64,000 nucleotides of DNA from Alphaproteobacteria bacterium (GTDB lineage: Bacteria > Pseudomonadota > Alphaproteobacteria > SP197): contig OZ219747.1 of the NCBI GenBank assembly GCA_964291265.2, positions 864,001 to 928,000 of the forward strand, given 5' to 3'. Positions 61,458 through 64,000 of this stretch are shown here, piece by piece. The first letter of the stretch is position 1. Each line of letters begins with the position of its first letter. A model generated the notes under the pieces. The model ran no database searches, was not told where the DNA came from, and saw only the letters and a program-made list of their open reading frames with translations. A program made the translations under genes and the position numbers.

Positions 61458-62332
61458 CTCTTGATCCTGTCTCGCGCGACTCTGTTGTACTTGGCTGACA
61501 AATCAATCCCGAGATACCGCCTGTTGTTCTGATGCGCAAGAAGAGTCGTGGTCCCCACGCCGTTGAATGGGTCCAGCACAACATCCCCGCGGAAACTGAA
61601 CAACTGGATTACTCGTCTTGCCAGCTCTTCGGGGAAGACGGAGGGGTGATCAAACTCCTTCATGCGCCTTTCTGGTGCGATCGACCACTTGGCATAGACC
61701 CATTTCTTGAAGTCGTCTCCTGATATATCGGCATTTTCTGCGCAGCCTTTTTTCTTAACGGATCCCTTGCAGAAAACCTCGACAAATTCCCATGTGTATT
61801 TGAGGTAGGGACTAGAAGGACTTTTCCAGCTACCCCAAGCAGTATATTTGCAGTTGTAGTTGTTCTTCTCCCACAGTATCTCCCCCTTCCAAATCAGCCC
61901 TCTGTCAAACAGATGGTGGGAGATTACATGGTGACTGGGGATGTAATCGGAGAAAAGCGGCTGCACATTGATGATTAGCCGCCCACCGTGTTTGAGGACA
62001 CGAATGCACTCATCGAGGATGCTGAACAACTGTGCAAAAAAATCCTTCCAAACGACTGTGTCGTCCTCCGCCTCGTAGTCCAGACCAAAGTTGTAGGGCG
62101 GCGAGGTAAACACTAAGTCGATGCAGTTGTCCGGTAGTTTCTTGAGTACGACAAGACTATCCGCCGTAATGATCTTGTTCTGGAACTTCTCAGGTAGTGG
62201 ATTGATCTCCGACGTAAACACATTGGCGTAGTGGTGCTTGCCTCTTTTCGTTTCCTTTTCCTTCCGACCGGTGACCTTTCTTTCTTTGTTTAGTTCGGCA
62301 TGTCTCGGGAAAGGTACTCCGACAGGAGCCAT
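61445..62332 (-). CDS. Site-specific DNA methyltransferase, beta class, likely N4-cytosine
   Basis: DLVFTSPPYN, HPSVFPEEL, VLDPFNGVGTT, YLGIDL. Overlaps the REase start; the 5' end abuts IS1595, so the true start is uncertain. Confidence 0.92.
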   Translation of the reverse strand: MAPVGVPFPRHAELNKERKVTGRKEKETKRGKHHYANVFTSEINPLPEKFQNKIITADSLVVLKKLPDNCIDLVFTSPPYNFGLDYEAEDDTVVWKDFFAQLFSILDECIRVLKHGGRLIINVQPLFSDYIPSHHVISHHLFDRGLIWKGEILWEKNNYNCKYTAWGSWKSPSSPYLKYTWEFVEVFCKGSVKKKGCAENADISGDDFKKWVYAKWSIAPERRMKEFDHPSVFPEELARRVIQLFSFRGDVVLDPFNGVGTTTLLAHQNNRRYLGIDLSAKYNRVARDRIKRCLI

Positions 62333-63170
62333 TACAATCGCGCTCCGTTGTCGAGACCGTTTAATGCGATCAAGTCCTCATACCGGACACGCTTGCCCTC
62401 CATGCCGGATGCAACCGTGGCCATGATGTTGACGGTGTGTTTCTCGCGCAGGTTGTGCTTGACCGCGAACACCTGAACGTAACGGTCCAGGTGCTTCGCG
62501 GACAACTTGTGGCATGTGCCTTTGTGCGCCCTCTTGAGCATCGCCCAGAAGGAGTCGATGTCGTTCGTATATGCCTGCCCCCGGACGTATTCGGAGACGT
62601 CATGCTCGGCCGCCTCATGGCCGAAGGTCTGGGTTAGTCCAATATAGGCACTGGCGTCGTCCGTGTAGACCATCGCCCCCTTCTCCAAGTTATCACGCAC
62701 GAAACCTAGCAACGTCTTGGCGGCGGTGTCATCCACAGCTTTGGCCGTGACCTTGTTGGTGTCTCGGTCCTTCGTGTCCACCACGGCAGTCTTGACGACT
62801 GCGCCACGGCCCGTGAGCTGCTTGCGCTTGCTCTTTGGCATGTTCTTGCGGATACCGCCTACATAGGTTTCGTTGACCTCAACCGGCCCGGAGAACAGCG
62901 GGTTCTTGCTGCCATAGGCGGTGCGGAGCCGGTGCATAAGGTGCCATGCCGACTTCTGCCTGATCTCCAAGTCGCGGTGCAACTTCATCGAAGACACAGA
63001 CTTGAAGCACGTCATCGAGAGATAGATGGCTTTGGCCCAAGTCTGATAGCCGAGGTTGCTGACTTCCATGACCGTGCGGGTCTTGGCCGAGAACCGCTTG
63101 CCGTATTATACTTCTCGCGGCACCGGAAGCGCATGGTCTTGTGCTTCGCACCCGACTGGACGTTCCCCCT
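62332..63170 (-). mobile_element. IS1595-family transposase, degenerate
   Basis: SSMKLHRDL..QKSAWHLMHRLR, VEVNETYVGG (D to N), VYTDD, TNDIDSFWAMLKR, KHLDRY. The zinc-ribbon N-terminus is broken. Confidence 0.9.
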
Positions 63171-63270
63171 TGATGGCTGTCATAGCAAAGGAGTGTCGAC
63201 TGAAAAGGCCCTGTAGGCTGAGCGAAAGCCTCGTCGTGGGCATTGCGGCCTTCGCGCCAGCGCGAGACGG

Positions 63271-63479
63271 TCATGAACCCTCCCCGGCCTCGACGGCTAT
63301 GATCGCCGCCAGCACTTGCCAGACGTTCCCCCGGCGGCATGGCCTCGTAGCGCCGGCCCCAGTTGGCCGCCTTGCGCTTGATGCGCTGGCGGGCGGTGAA
63401 GTTCCGCCCCGCGTAGCGCGACCAGTGCACCCGGTCGGGAGCAAAGTTGAACCATACCACCTCGGTCCGCACCTGGGCC
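63271..63479 (-). pseudogene. C-terminal fragment of a D12-class methylase-like gene, cut by IS66
   Basis: RTEVVWFNFAPDRVHWSRYAGRNFTARQRIKRKAANWGRRYEAMPPGERLA begins right at the IS66 end. Confidence 0.65.
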
Positions 63480-64000
63480 GTAAGCGTTCGGCCGTTCGGT
63501 GATGGCTGATTTTGGTTGGTTTGGGTCTTGCTGACTATCGTCTGAGAAAGTGCTGGTAAACTCGTTTGGTCTCGATTATGGTCGAGGCCATGAAGACTTT
63601 TGCCGAGACGCGCGGAGCGACACAGCAGCTGACGGGAGGTGGTGACGGCCTATGTCGGGCGTCAGTGGCCTTGTCATGCGAGGCGCCTGACTGGCGTGCG
63701 CTCTATGAGACGGAGCGGGTTCGTGCGGATGCGGCGGAAGCGCGTATGCGTGACCTGCGCCGTGCGAAGAATTCTGCCCGTGCCCGTGCGGGCACATTCA
63801 AGTTTCATCTCGACCGCACTCGTGATCAGCTCAAGGAGGCTCGCCGGGAGGTGAAGCGTGGACAGGCCCGAGCGGAGGCGCTGGAGCAGGAAAGGGACGC
63901 TCTGAAGCTCAAGAACGCTGAACAGGCGAGCGAGCTGAGGAATCTCCGCGGGACGCGTGCCAAGCACGCGACGGCGCGCTTCGGGTCGAAGAGCGAGAAA
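63480..64000 (+). mobile_element. IS66-family element: left end and transposase N-terminus (continues beyond the window)
   Basis: GTAAGCGTTC terminus. Open frame from ATG 63590 with DWRALYETER, a coiled coil and RFGSKSEK. Confidence 0.88.

Noticed and set aside
46312-63479. The two methylase fragments as halves of one gene split by a 17-kb insertion
   Set aside because: On the minus strand the C-terminal piece lies upstream of the N-terminal piece, the wrong order for a simple insertion.

Overview
GC-rich (visually about 65%) bacterial chromosome segment, most likely alphaproteobacterial (inferred from the rpsP-rimM-trmD-rplS-leuCD-leuB-asd order, HlyU-family gene, TRAP transporter and imelysin cluster). 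Intact housekeeping and catabolic genes (pgi, pgm, leu/asd, ribosomal cluster, agmatinase, TRAP, hutH, hutU-like, Fe/2OG dioxygenases, P450, iron-uptake cluster) alternate with many short relics. These include DUF4338-fused IS4 and ISAs1 transposases, nested ISNCY/IS66/IS1634 pieces, group II intron 3' ends, and integrase, VapC, uvrC and methylase fragments. There is also a 1295-aa RTX protein built from seven near-identical modules. The most notable region is a lower-GC island at about 53.9-63.5 kb. It carries two tandem tyrosine integrases, a ~1070-aa STAND-like NTPase fused to a C-terminal phosphoribosyltransferase-like domain (candidate Avs/NLR-like defence protein), and a convergent Bpu10I-family endonuclease plus SPPY methyltransferase. 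No rRNA, tRNA or CRISPR array was recognised. All family calls come from motif recognition by eye, not database searches.
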